Positions 9,724 to 19,049 are shown, counted from the stretch's first letter. The stretch: DNA of 64,000 nt from Candidatus Magasanikiibacteriota bacterium (GCA_021648085.1 JAKITS010000001.1:682759-746758); one strand, 5' to 3'. Numbers and translations are program-made. The notes: generated by a model from the sequence alone, not told the origin.

Positions 9724-10425
9724 ATGTTTATAATTTTAGATGGAATAGACGGCAGTGGAAAAACAACAATAATAAAAACTTGGGCTGAATATTTAGAAAA
9801 CAATGGTAAAAAAGTTTTTAATTTGATTGATTTTTGGAAAGAAAATGAAAAACACCCAAAAGCAGAAGACCTGCTTGAATATGATGTGATAATTTCTGGA
9901 GAACCAACACACGCCTGGATTGGCAAAGCTATTCGCAACGAAATAATACAAAATGGAAATGACTATACTGCAAGTGCCACAGCAAATGCATATTCATTGG
10001 ACAGATTAGTTCTTTATAAAAGAATTTTAGTTCCACTTCTAAAAGCTGGAAAAATAATTTTGCAAGACAGAAGTGTAAGCACTTCACTTTGTTATCAACC
10101 AATCCAGGGAAATGTAGATATAGATTTTGTGGCAAACTTGGAAGGAAATGCTTTTGCACTACAAAATGCTCCAGATTATTTGATAATCGCAAACCTACCC
10201 GCAAACTCTGCACTTGATAGACTTTCTACAAGATATGAAAAACAAGATAATACGATTTTTGAAAACAAACCATTTTTAGAAAAAGCACAAGCTCAGTTTT
10301 TGAATCCAGAATATCAAAAATATTTCACAGAAAAAGGAACTAAAATTGAAGTCTTGAATGTAAACACAGAAATTGCTATAATGAAAATGGATGCTTTAAA
10401 CTTACTTAAAAAAATAATGAACTAA
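9724..10425 (+). CDS. tmk: thymidylate kinase
   Basis: P-loop ILDGIDGSGKTT. A LID-region and a DRS-like motif (QDRSVSTS). Confidence 0.85.
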   Translation: MFIILDGIDGSGKTTIIKTWAEYLENNGKKVFNLIDFWKENEKHPKAEDLLEYDVIISGEPTHAWIGKAIRNEIIQNGNDYTASATANAYSLDRLVLYKRILVPLLKAGKIILQDRSVSTSLCYQPIQGNVDIDFVANLEGNAFALQNAPDYLIIANLPANSALDRLSTRYEKQDNTIFENKPFLEKAQAQFLNPEYQKYFTEKGTKIEVLNVNTEIAIMKMDALNLLKKIMN

Positions 10426-10428
10426 ACT

Positions 10429-11202
10429 ATGTTAATCCCAGCAAAAGAACTAATTCAAAAAACAATAGATATTTATAAAGAAAATTTTAAACTTTTCTTT
10501 TCGTATGTAATTGCACTATTTATTCCAACAGGGATAATAACAATACTCTCAACTTTTGTAAAAGAATTTGCAGCAAGTGATTCTGCCAGAGACGCAATGA
10601 TTTTCAATGGATATTTTGTTTTATTATTAGCCTCCTGGTTTGCTACATTTTGGATTACAGCAAGTTTTATACGTGTTTTCTACGCAAAATATAATGGAAA
10701 AGAAGTAAGAGATATTAAAACAGAATTATCAAATGTGAAACATGTTTTAATTCCTGCAATTTTAGCTTCTATATTATCTACACTTATTATTATTGTTGGA
10801 TATATACTCTTTATAATTCCAGGTGTAATATTTTCAATTTGGTATTTTTTTACACTTCATGAAGCCGTTATCAACGAAAAGAAGGTCGTGGAAGCTATTA
10901 AATCTAGTAAAGAACTGGTAAAAGGACGCTGGTGGGCAGTACTTTGGAGGTTGTTTGCTTCAATTTTAATTTTTGCTATTTTAATGTTAATTATAGGAGG
11001 ACTTGTTGGTGGAATTCTTGGTCTACTTACTTCTGGAATAGACGAAACATCCAGTGTTTACACTTTTGCTTTAATTATGTCTAGTTTAATTACAAGTTTT
11101 GTGAGTATACTTTTTATACCACTTACAAATGGGGCACCGATTATCCTATTTACTGAACTTCAAAAAACCCCAAAGGTTGCAGAAATAACACAAAAACAGT
11201 AA
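10429..11202 (+). CDS. polytopic membrane protein of unknown function; paralogue of 35966..36952
   Basis: 6-7 hydrophobic helices. It shares the ...VEAI...W..LW.LFA... architecture with the ORF at 35966. Confidence 0.5.
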   Translation: MLIPAKELIQKTIDIYKENFKLFFSYVIALFIPTGIITILSTFVKEFAASDSARDAMIFNGYFVLLLASWFATFWITASFIRVFYAKYNGKEVRDIKTELSNVKHVLIPAILASILSTLIIIVGYILFIIPGVIFSIWYFFTLHEAVINEKKVVEAIKSSKELVKGRWWAVLWRLFASILIFAILMLIIGGLVGGILGLLTSGIDETSSVYTFALIMSSLITSFVSILFIPLTNGAPIILFTELQKTPKVAEITQKQ

Positions 11203-11225
11203 AATAGAAACAACTTAGGTAGATT

Positions 11226-11257
11226 AAAAAACCCTTCTACTTTAGAAGGGTTTTTTG
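11226..11257 (+). terminator. Rho-independent terminator
   Basis: aacccttctactttagaagggtt followed by TTTTTT. Confidence 0.7.
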
Positions 11258-11276
11258 TTTCTATCCTACACAAGTA

Positions 11277-11384
11277 TAGCGACTCCTGTCTGCCAGCAGG
11301 CTATCATCAAGTCAAATGCAATTTGACAATTCATCAAACGAAGTGATCTATCGAGCAAAGCGATCCATCACTTCCTAATTCTTC
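11277..11384. repeat. GC-rich palindromic repeat unit (cctgtctgccagcagg; tcaaatgcaatttga; gaagtgatctatcg/cgatccatcacttc)
   Basis: Inverted repeats read from the sequence. It is related to the element at 46464-46560 (gctcgatNgatcaNttcg) and shares the aacgaagtg core with the type-A elements. Confidence 0.6.
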
Positions 11385-11390
11385 AAAAAT

Positions 11391-12935
11391 ATGTATCAAA
11401 CAATCATTGGAATGGAGGTTCATGTAGAACTAAAAACAAATAGCAAAATGTTTTGCTCTTGCAAAAATAATCCAGACGAAAATGAGCCAAATAAAAATGT
11501 ATGCGAAATTTGCCTTGGTCACCCAGGCACGCTTCCAACAGCAAACAAAAAAGCCATCGCGTGGACTGTAAAAATTGGAAAAGCTTTGGGCTGTTCTATT
11601 CGTGAAGTTTCAAAATTTGATCGTAAACATTATTTTTATCCAGACCTGCCAAAAGCATATCAAATTTCTCAGTTTGACGAGCCTATTGCAGAACACGGAG
11701 AAATAACTCTTACTTTTGAAACAGAAGAAAATGTTCGCGATACTGCTTTGATTGAGATAGAAAGAGTACATTTGGAAGAAGATACAGCAAAATTGACACA
11801 TGACAAAGAAGGAAACACTTTGGCAGATTTCAATCGCGCCAGCACTCCCCTCGTTGAAATTGTATCAAGGCCAGATTTCAAAACTCCACTTGAAGCAAAA
11901 ACTTATTGCCAAGAATTACGCTCAATTTTGAGATATTTAAATGTGAGTGATGCGAATATGGAAAAAGGTCTAATGCGTTGTGAGGCAAATATTTCTGTGC
12001 AAGAAGCAGGAAAATTTGAAATTGTGGATGGAGTTGTAAAACCACTTGGTGATTATGTTTTAAATTCAAAAGTTGAAGTAAAAAACTTAAATTCTTTTAA
12101 AGCAGTAGAGAAAGCACTTGAATTTGAAATTGCGCAGCAGACAAAAATGCTGGAAAATGGAGAAAATTGGGAACAGCAGACAAAAGGTTGGGACGCAAAA
12201 AAACAAGAAACAATTCCACAAAGAAAAAAGGAATCTGCACATGATTATAGATATTTTCCAGAACCAGATATTCCACCGTTTCACCCTTTGCAAATTGCTG
12301 GTGAGATAAGTTTGCCAGAATTACCAATTGCAAAAAGAAAGAGGTTTCACACAGAGTACGGATTTTCCTATTCTGACTCCAAAATACTGACAAACGATAA
12401 AGAGTGGGCAGATTTTACCGAACGCGTGATGAGCGAGCTTGTGGACTGGTTGCACAGCCTGCCAGAAATAAAAGGAGATAGCAATGAAATAATGGAAGAA
12501 AAAAGAAATAAAATCGCACGACTTTGTGGAGGCTGGCTTACCAGTAAACTAATGGGTGAAATGATAAATAGAAAAATGCATATAAAAACTTTGGCAATTT
12601 CTCCAGAAAATTTTGCAGAACTTGTGGCACTTGTTTATGCTGAACGCATCAATTCTACAAATGCACTCAAACTTTTGGGAGATATGCTTAACGCTGGAAC
12701 TGATATTGACCCGACACAAATAATGGAGGAAAAAGGTTATGGGCAAATTAACGATGAAGGAAAATTGGGTGAAATTATAGAAAATGTAATCCGAAGTTAT
12801 CCAGACCAAGTGGAACAATTTAAACAAGGAAAAGAACCAATACTAAAATTCCTAATTGGAATGGCAATGAAAGCAAGTGAAGGAAGTGCTGACCCAAAAG
12901 TTTTGGAAAAAATGCTTAGAGAAAAATTGAAATAA
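11391..12935 (+). CDS. gatB: Asp-tRNA(Asn)/Glu-tRNA(Gln) amidotransferase subunit B
   Basis: GatB N-terminus MYQTIIGMEVHVEL, a Cys cluster, and a C-terminal YqeY-like domain. Confidence 0.95.
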   Translation: MYQTIIGMEVHVELKTNSKMFCSCKNNPDENEPNKNVCEICLGHPGTLPTANKKAIAWTVKIGKALGCSIREVSKFDRKHYFYPDLPKAYQISQFDEPIAEHGEITLTFETEENVRDTALIEIERVHLEEDTAKLTHDKEGNTLADFNRASTPLVEIVSRPDFKTPLEAKTYCQELRSILRYLNVSDANMEKGLMRCEANISVQEAGKFEIVDGVVKPLGDYVLNSKVEVKNLNSFKAVEKALEFEIAQQTKMLENGENWEQQTKGWDAKKQETIPQRKKESAHDYRYFPEPDIPPFHPLQIAGEISLPELPIAKRKRFHTEYGFSYSDSKILTNDKEWADFTERVMSELVDWLHSLPEIKGDSNEIMEEKRNKIARLCGGWLTSKLMGEMINRKMHIKTLAISPENFAELVALVYAERINSTNALKLLGDMLNAGTDIDPTQIMEEKGYGQINDEGKLGEIIENVIRSYPDQVEQFKQGKEPILKFLIGMAMKASEGSADPKVLEKMLREKLK

Positions 12936-12943
12936 ACAAAACA

Positions 12944-12973
12944 AAAAAGAACTTTTAAAAAGTTCTTTTTTGT
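12944..12973 (+). terminator. Rho-independent terminator
   Basis: aagaacttttaaaaagttctt followed by TTTTTT. Confidence 0.7.
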
Positions 12974-13029
12974 TTTAACCTTTTCACATAAACTCCCCGC
13001 TCAACCTAAAAAAGGTTAAGCGGGATTTT

Positions 13030-13482
13030 TTATTCCCAACAATTTACAAGACCCTCTTTTAAATGATGCTCTTTTGCCATTATTTTTATTAATTTTATTT
13101 CGATATCATTAAAAAAAATCATTGCATAACATGTTGCCTGAGCATCTAATTTCTCGGCAGTAGTAAATTTCCAATTTAAATCAACACCTAAAATAATATG
13201 CCCTTCTTCGTGTCGAAGAACAAATTCTTGCAAAAGTGGTGGTAAATTTTGTATATAAAAAGTATCCACAACTATTATTAATTCTCCTTCTGGATTTTCT
13301 ATAACCTCGGCTACAGTATGCCCATCCCAACGATAATTACCAACATCATCTGGATCTAAAGGAGAATAATAAATTTTTATATTTGGATCACTTGGTGTGA
13401 ATTCAACAAGTTTATAAGTCTTACAAGCATTCAGACCTATTAAAAAAAATAGACAAGCAAATACAGTTAAATTTCTCACCAC
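13030..13482 (-). CDS. putative lipoprotein with an HExxH (HEEGH) zinc-metallopeptidase-like motif
   Basis: Signal peptide with lipobox LIGLNAC. Motif VLRHEEGHII. Confidence 0.45.
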   Translation of the reverse strand: MVRNLTVFACLFFLIGLNACKTYKLVEFTPSDPNIKIYYSPLDPDDVGNYRWDGHTVAEVIENPEGELIIVVDTFYIQNLPPLLQEFVLRHEEGHIILGVDLNWKFTTAEKLDAQATCYAMIFFNDIEIKLIKIMAKEHHLKEGLVNCWE

Positions 13483-13840
13483 TCTTCCCTCCTTTTATAA
13501 ATTGTAGGGAATGGACGCACCCAAAATTAGGTGTAAATTTATTTTAACACTTTAAAAATAAATTACCAAAAATATAATATTATCATAATACATTAAATTT
13601 TATCCACAACCCAAGTTTTGCACAAAAATTAAAATCCTGTTATTATTTATCGCAGTATGAATACATCAAAATATCTACAAAATTCAGAAAATAAATACGG
13701 TAATAATAAAATCACCTAGTCGGTGATTTTTTTCTTTTTTATGAATATACTAAAAATAATTCTGCAACAATTAGACATAAATAAAGTTACTAGATACAGT
13801 TGCCTTAGAATAATTATTTCTAGGCAAGTTTATTCCACCT

Positions 13841-13867
13841 AAACTGGTGGTATTTTTTTAAAAAATT
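13841..13867 (+). promoter_or_regulatory. hairpin plus U-tract ~5 nt upstream of the pyrB start (candidate attenuator)
   Basis: ccacctaaactggtgg followed by tattttttt. A second terminator-like hairpin lies at 13718-13748. Confidence 0.35.
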
Positions 13868-13869
13868 TT

Positions 13870-15318
13870 ATGAACCAAAATTTCAAAGGAAAAAGTATTA
13901 TATCCATCAAAGAATTAACAAAAGAAGAAATTCTTTATATTTTAGAATGTGCACAAGAGTTAAAAATTAACCCAAAACCAAACCTACTTTCAGGATATGT
14001 CATGGGAAGTTGCTTTTTTGAACCATCTACTAGAACTAGACTATCTTTTGAAACTGCTATGAATCGTTTGGGTGGAAAAGTAGTGGGATTTGCAAATGCT
14101 GGAATAACCTCAGCAAAAAAAGGGGAAACTTTATATGATTCAATAAAAAATATTGGTCAATATGTGGATATAATAGCAATGCGTCATCCTTTGGAAGGAA
14201 CTGCCAGAAGAGCGACGGAGGCAACAGACAAACCAATTTTAAACGGCGGAGACGGCACAAATCAACATCCAACTCAAACACTTTTAGATTTATTTTCAAT
14301 AAAAGAGTGTCAAGGAACTTTAAATAATTTGAACATTGCGATAATAGGAGATTTGAAATATGGAAGAACTGCACACAGCCTAACACAAGCTCTAACTCAT
14401 TTTAAACCTAGATTACATTTTGTTGCTCCAAATTTTCTGCAAATGCCCAATTATATACTCGACGGACTAAAAGAAAATGGAATTGAGTATTTTTTACATA
14501 AAAAAATGGAAAACCTGTTGACTGAAGTGGATATTTTGTATATGACAAGAATTCAAGCAGAAAGATTTTCAGATCGAGCAGCATATGAAAAAGTAAAAAA
14601 TGTCTATATTTTGACATCTGGTATGCTTCAAAATGTTAAAGAAAATATGAGAATTATGCATCCACTACCGAGAGTAAATGAGATTGAGACAAAAATAGAC
14701 GACACAAAATATGCATACTATTTTCAACAAGCAGAAAACGGATTATTTGTGCGGCAAGCACTTCTGGGATTATTACTTGGGAAATCAATTTTAAATGAAA
14801 ATATGCAAATTAATGAGCCAACTTTTAATAATTACAGAATTGAAAATAAACAATTTGAGAATGAAAATAAACAATTTAAAGTTCTCACCATAGAAAACGG
14901 AACAGTTATAGACCATATACCTAAAAAAGTTGCTTTTAAATTATTCAAAATATTAAACTTGGCAAGTGACAATAAAATAGTATCAATAGGTGTAAATTTT
15001 CCTAGTCAAAAAGTGGGTACAAAAAATTTAATTAAAATAGAAAATAAAGAATTAACAGAAAAAGAAGTTAGTATTTTGGCTATTTTTGCACCGGACGCCA
15101 CGATAAATATTATCCGCAATTTTAAAGTTTATAAAAAATTTAAAACTGTAATTCCAAAAGAAGTCGCCAAACTTTTGGTTTGTCCAAATCCAAACTGTAT
15201 AACAAATAATGAAAAAATGGATAGTCATTTTTTCATTAATAAAAATAATTTAGACGCTCAATGCAAATATTGTGAGAAAATTTTTCATCAAAATGAAATT
15301 AAAAAATATAAAATATAA
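13870..15318 (+). CDS. pyrBI: aspartate carbamoyltransferase, catalytic and regulatory chains fused (PyrB-PyrI)
   Basis: N-terminal ATCase motifs: STRTR, HPTQ, HPLP. The C-terminal ~150 aa matches the PyrI regulatory chain (GTVIDHIP, LIKIEN, VCPNPNCI, CKYCEK). Confidence 0.85.
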   Translation: MNQNFKGKSIISIKELTKEEILYILECAQELKINPKPNLLSGYVMGSCFFEPSTRTRLSFETAMNRLGGKVVGFANAGITSAKKGETLYDSIKNIGQYVDIIAMRHPLEGTARRATEATDKPILNGGDGTNQHPTQTLLDLFSIKECQGTLNNLNIAIIGDLKYGRTAHSLTQALTHFKPRLHFVAPNFLQMPNYILDGLKENGIEYFLHKKMENLLTEVDILYMTRIQAERFSDRAAYEKVKNVYILTSGMLQNVKENMRIMHPLPRVNEIETKIDDTKYAYYFQQAENGLFVRQALLGLLLGKSILNENMQINEPTFNNYRIENKQFENENKQFKVLTIENGTVIDHIPKKVAFKLFKILNLASDNKIVSIGVNFPSQKVGTKNLIKIENKELTEKEVSILAIFAPDATINIIRNFKVYKKFKTVIPKEVAKLLVCPNPNCITNNEKMDSHFFINKNNLDAQCKYCEKIFHQNEIKKYKI

Positions 15319-15323
15319 AAAAT

Positions 15324-16277
15324 ATGAGACATATAATTTCACTAAAAGAACAATCAAAAAATGATATTTTGGGAATACTCAACACAGCTATAAAACTGAA
15401 AAAAGAATTTAAATCTGGAGTTGAACATAAAATATTATCAAACCAAACTTTGATAATGCTTTTTCAAAAATCATCCACCAGAACAAGACTTTCTTTTGAA
15501 ACAGCTATGACACAATTGGGCGGACACGCTATTTTTCTAGATGCAAAAACTACTCAGTTTTCTTTGACTGATTTTGGTGATGAAGTGCAAGCTGTTATGA
15601 GATTTGGAGAACTGCTAATGTTTAGAGCCAAAAAATCCGCAGATGTGGAATTGGCAGCTAATTTTGACAATATTCCAGTGGTGGACGCTTGTAGTGAAAA
15701 ATATCATCCAGCACAAGCTTTAAGCGATATTTTGACAATGGCTGAACATAGTGGAGGTCTAGAAAATGTAAAAAAAATAGTTTGGCTTGGAGTAGAAAAT
15801 AATGTTTCAAACACACTAATGCTTGCTTGCGCAAAATTAGGAATAGAAGTTGTTTTGGTGGCACCAGAAATAGACCCAGATAGTATTGATACAGAATTAA
15901 ACAAACAAGCAGAAGAAACAGGAAAAATAAAAAGAACATTGAATTTGCGTGATGCACTACAAGACGCAGATTATGTTCATACAGATACTTGGATGAATAT
16001 GGAGTTTTTTGAAAATGGAAAAGTAAAGCCAGAAATGCAAGAAGAATTTTACAGAAAAAAAGAAAAATTTATGCCATATCAACTTAATGCTAATTTAATT
16101 GATACTTACGCACCAAACGCAAAAATAATGCATTGTATGCCTTGTCATATTGGATATGAAATATCACGCGATGCTATTGATCACAAAAATTCAATAATTT
16201 TTGATCAGGCTGAAAACAGATTGCATATGCAAAAAGCTATGATATTATGGATGTTGGAGAAAGAAAATCTAGTTTAG
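15324..16277 (+). CDS. ornithine-carbamoyltransferase-family transcarbamylase with a non-canonical substrate motif
   Basis: STRTR and HPAQ are present. MHCMPCH corresponds to OTC HCLP. IFDQAENRLH matches OTC. DTWMNME replaces the canonical DxWxSMG. Confidence 0.75.
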   Translation: MRHIISLKEQSKNDILGILNTAIKLKKEFKSGVEHKILSNQTLIMLFQKSSTRTRLSFETAMTQLGGHAIFLDAKTTQFSLTDFGDEVQAVMRFGELLMFRAKKSADVELAANFDNIPVVDACSEKYHPAQALSDILTMAEHSGGLENVKKIVWLGVENNVSNTLMLACAKLGIEVVLVAPEIDPDSIDTELNKQAEETGKIKRTLNLRDALQDADYVHTDTWMNMEFFENGKVKPEMQEEFYRKKEKFMPYQLNANLIDTYAPNAKIMHCMPCHIGYEISRDAIDHKNSIIFDQAENRLHMQKAMILWMLEKENLV

Positions 16278-16278
16278 T

Positions 16279-18984
16279 ATGAAAATTTTAAACGAGCCGA
16301 TTTATGACAAAAATAAATCTTATCAATACAACCTTATAAACGGTCCGTTTTTCAATGAAGAAATTCCAACGATTCCTGATGTAGAAAAAGAAAAATGGGT
16401 TGATTTTCTAGGTTTTAAAATTCGCTCCAGAATCGGTGTGCCAGCTGGACCACTCTTGAGCTCAAAATGGATAGCTCTTGCCTCGAAAATGGGGTTTGAT
16501 ATTCTCACTTACAAAACAATTCGAAGTAAATATGCAGGTGGGCACAAGAGTCCAAATATTGTGTTCGTTGAAACTCCAAACCAATTTAAAACTTCAGACC
16601 TGAACACAAATTTTACACTCAAAAAAACTCCAGTTAAAAAGACAGGTGAAATAGCAATCACCAACTCTTTTGGTATGCCTTCTATGGATCCAGATTTTCT
16701 AATAGAAGATATCAAAAAAGCTCACGCAAGTATAAAAGAAGGGCAAATTATCATAGTTTCTGTAGTTGGAAGCCAAAGCGAAAATACAAGTTTGGCAGAA
16801 GATTTTGTAAATGTTTCTAAGCTTGCAAAAAGTGCTGGTGCAAAAATAATTGAGGTAAATTTTTCTTGTCCAAATGTAAAAAGTAAAGAAGGAATTTTGT
16901 ACAAAGACTCTGAGCAAGTTTTTGAGATAATTCAAAAAATAAAAAATGAAATAAAAGAAACACCTTTAATCGTAAAACTTGGTTTTTTTGAAACTGTAGA
17001 ATCACTCCAAAAAACTTTGGTTGCAATATCAAAAGCTGGAGCCTCTGGAATTGCGGGTATAAACTCTGTCTCCGTAGCCGTTCAAAAAGAAGATGGCTCA
17101 CCAGCACTTGGAATTGGTAGAGAAAAAAGTGGACTTTGCGGAAACCCAATTCGAAATTTAGCACTAGAATTGACAAAAAATGCAAAAGAAATTATTGAAA
17201 ATAAAAGCTTAAATCTAAAAATAATTGGAATGGGTGGAGTTTCCGAACCAAAGCATTTCAATGAATTTTTGCAAGCCGGAGCCGATATTACAATGACCGC
17301 AACCACAATGCTTTGGCATCCACAAATAGCATTTGAATATAAAAAAGAACAGCAAAAAAATAAACTGGTTTCAGATTTATTTGAAATAGGCGCTATAAAA
17401 TTTGGTGGATTTACTCTAAAAAATGGAACTCTCTCGCCTATTTATATAGATCTGCGTATCACAGTTTCATATCCAAAAATTCTGATGAAAATTGCAGACG
17501 CATTAAATGAATTAGCTTCAAATACAGATTTTGATCTTATTTGTGGAGTTCCTTATACTGCCCTACCGTTTGCTACAGCAATGTCTATAAAATATAATAT
17601 TCCAATGGTAATGCGCAGAAAAGAAGCAAAAAAATACGGCACAAAAAAAATAATAGAAGGTGCTTTTGAGTCAGGGCAAACATGTTTAATTGTAGAAGAT
17701 TTGATTACAAGCGGATCTAGTGTTTTAGAAACTGTTGAACCGCTAAATGATGTAGGCCTAAATGTGACAGATGTTGTAATACTTTTGGACAGACAGCAAG
17801 GCGGAAGAGAAAATTTAGAAAAAGCTGGAATAACAGTAAAATCAATCTTTAAAATAAGTGAATTGTTGGAAACCCTTTTAAACCAAAATAAAATCTCTGA
17901 ACAAAAATTTAATGAAATACAAAATTATCTTTATAGCACAAAAATAGAAAAAATAACAATACGAAAACCAGATGATTTTCATGTGCATTTGCGCAGAGGA
18001 CAAACACTTATCAATGTTTTACCTTTTACATCCGCAGTATTCAAAAGAGCCGTAATAATGGGAAACACAACTCCACCAATTAAAAATAGTCCTGACGTTA
18101 TTTCTTACAAAAAAGAAATAGGACTGCACGCTCACGACGGATTCACGCCAATAATGTCGATAATGCTTACAAACAGCACAACACCAAAAGACATAGAAGA
18201 TGCTTTTGACGCTGGAGCAAAAGTATTAAAACTTATCCCTGAAGGAACCTCTACAAATTCCGATGAAGGTGTGCCTTTGTCACTTCTTAAAAATTATTAC
18301 AATGTCCTTAAAATTGTACAAGATTTGGGTATGATTTTCTCTGGACACTGGGAGTTAATTGAAAATCCAGAAACTGGAGAAAAAATTCCTGAAATAGAAA
18401 GAGAAACACAGGCAATTCCATTTCTTTTAAAATTAATTAGAGATTTTCCTAAATTAAAAATAGTTGTAGAACATGTGACATCCAAAGAAATGATACAAAC
18501 TGTTGAACAATCTCCTAACAATGTTTCAGCTACTATTTCTGCACACCATCCAATTTTAACTTTTGACGATGTGTGCAATAAAGATAGTGATATTATCAAT
18601 CCCCTCAATTATTGCAAACCTATCGCAAAAAATGAGGTAGACCAAAAAGCAATAATTAAAGCAATGACTAGCGGAAATCCAAAATTCTTTTTTGGTTCAG
18701 ATAGCGCTCCACATCCAATTAATCAGAAAATAGATAGCCAAAATTGTCCTGCTGGAATATTTTCAGCCCCAATTGCATTACCTTTATTATGCGAAATTTT
18801 TGAAAATGAAAATGCTTTAGATAAATTAGAAGATTTTGTATCAAAATTTGGTGCAGAATTTTATGGAATACCTTTAAACCAAGAATCTATTACATTGAAA
18901 AAGGAGCAGTGGAATACTCCTTATGAACACAACGGAATTGGAATATTTAAAGGTAAAGATAAATTAAATTGGCAAATTATTTAA
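16279..18984 (+). CDS. pyrDEC: trifunctional fusion: dihydroorotate dehydrogenase (class 1) - orotate phosphoribosyltransferase - dihydroorotase
   Basis: N-terminal domain: NFSCPN, GMGGV (PyrD family 1). Middle domain: FEIGAIKFGGFTLKNGTLSPIYIDLR...LIVEDLITSGSSV (PyrE). C-terminal domain: RKPDDFHVHLRRG...GSDSAPH...FYGIP, which aligns by eye with E. coli-type PyrC. Confidence 0.85.
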   Translation: MKILNEPIYDKNKSYQYNLINGPFFNEEIPTIPDVEKEKWVDFLGFKIRSRIGVPAGPLLSSKWIALASKMGFDILTYKTIRSKYAGGHKSPNIVFVETPNQFKTSDLNTNFTLKKTPVKKTGEIAITNSFGMPSMDPDFLIEDIKKAHASIKEGQIIIVSVVGSQSENTSLAEDFVNVSKLAKSAGAKIIEVNFSCPNVKSKEGILYKDSEQVFEIIQKIKNEIKETPLIVKLGFFETVESLQKTLVAISKAGASGIAGINSVSVAVQKEDGSPALGIGREKSGLCGNPIRNLALELTKNAKEIIENKSLNLKIIGMGGVSEPKHFNEFLQAGADITMTATTMLWHPQIAFEYKKEQQKNKLVSDLFEIGAIKFGGFTLKNGTLSPIYIDLRITVSYPKILMKIADALNELASNTDFDLICGVPYTALPFATAMSIKYNIPMVMRRKEAKKYGTKKIIEGAFESGQTCLIVEDLITSGSSVLETVEPLNDVGLNVTDVVILLDRQQGGRENLEKAGITVKSIFKISELLETLLNQNKISEQKFNEIQNYLYSTKIEKITIRKPDDFHVHLRRGQTLINVLPFTSAVFKRAVIMGNTTPPIKNSPDVISYKKEIGLHAHDGFTPIMSIMLTNSTTPKDIEDAFDAGAKVLKLIPEGTSTNSDEGVPLSLLKNYYNVLKIVQDLGMIFSGHWELIENPETGEKIPEIERETQAIPFLLKLIRDFPKLKIVVEHVTSKEMIQTVEQSPNNVSATISAHHPILTFDDVCNKDSDIINPLNYCKPIAKNEVDQKAIIKAMTSGNPKFFFGSDSAPHPINQKIDSQNCPAGIFSAPIALPLLCEIFENENALDKLEDFVSKFGAEFYGIPLNQESITLKKEQWNTPYEHNGIGIFKGKDKLNWQII

Positions 18985-19049
18985 TTGACAAAAATTAGTT
19001 TTTACTGCTTTACTTAAATAAAGAACTTTTTCTAAAAAAGGAGTATAAA

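Noticed and set aside
14838-14875. Short tandem repeat (aataaacaatttgagaatgaaaataaacaattt) inside pyrBI considered as a regulatory repeat
   Set aside because: It is in-frame within the linker (ENKQFENENKQF). It is most simply a linker duplication.
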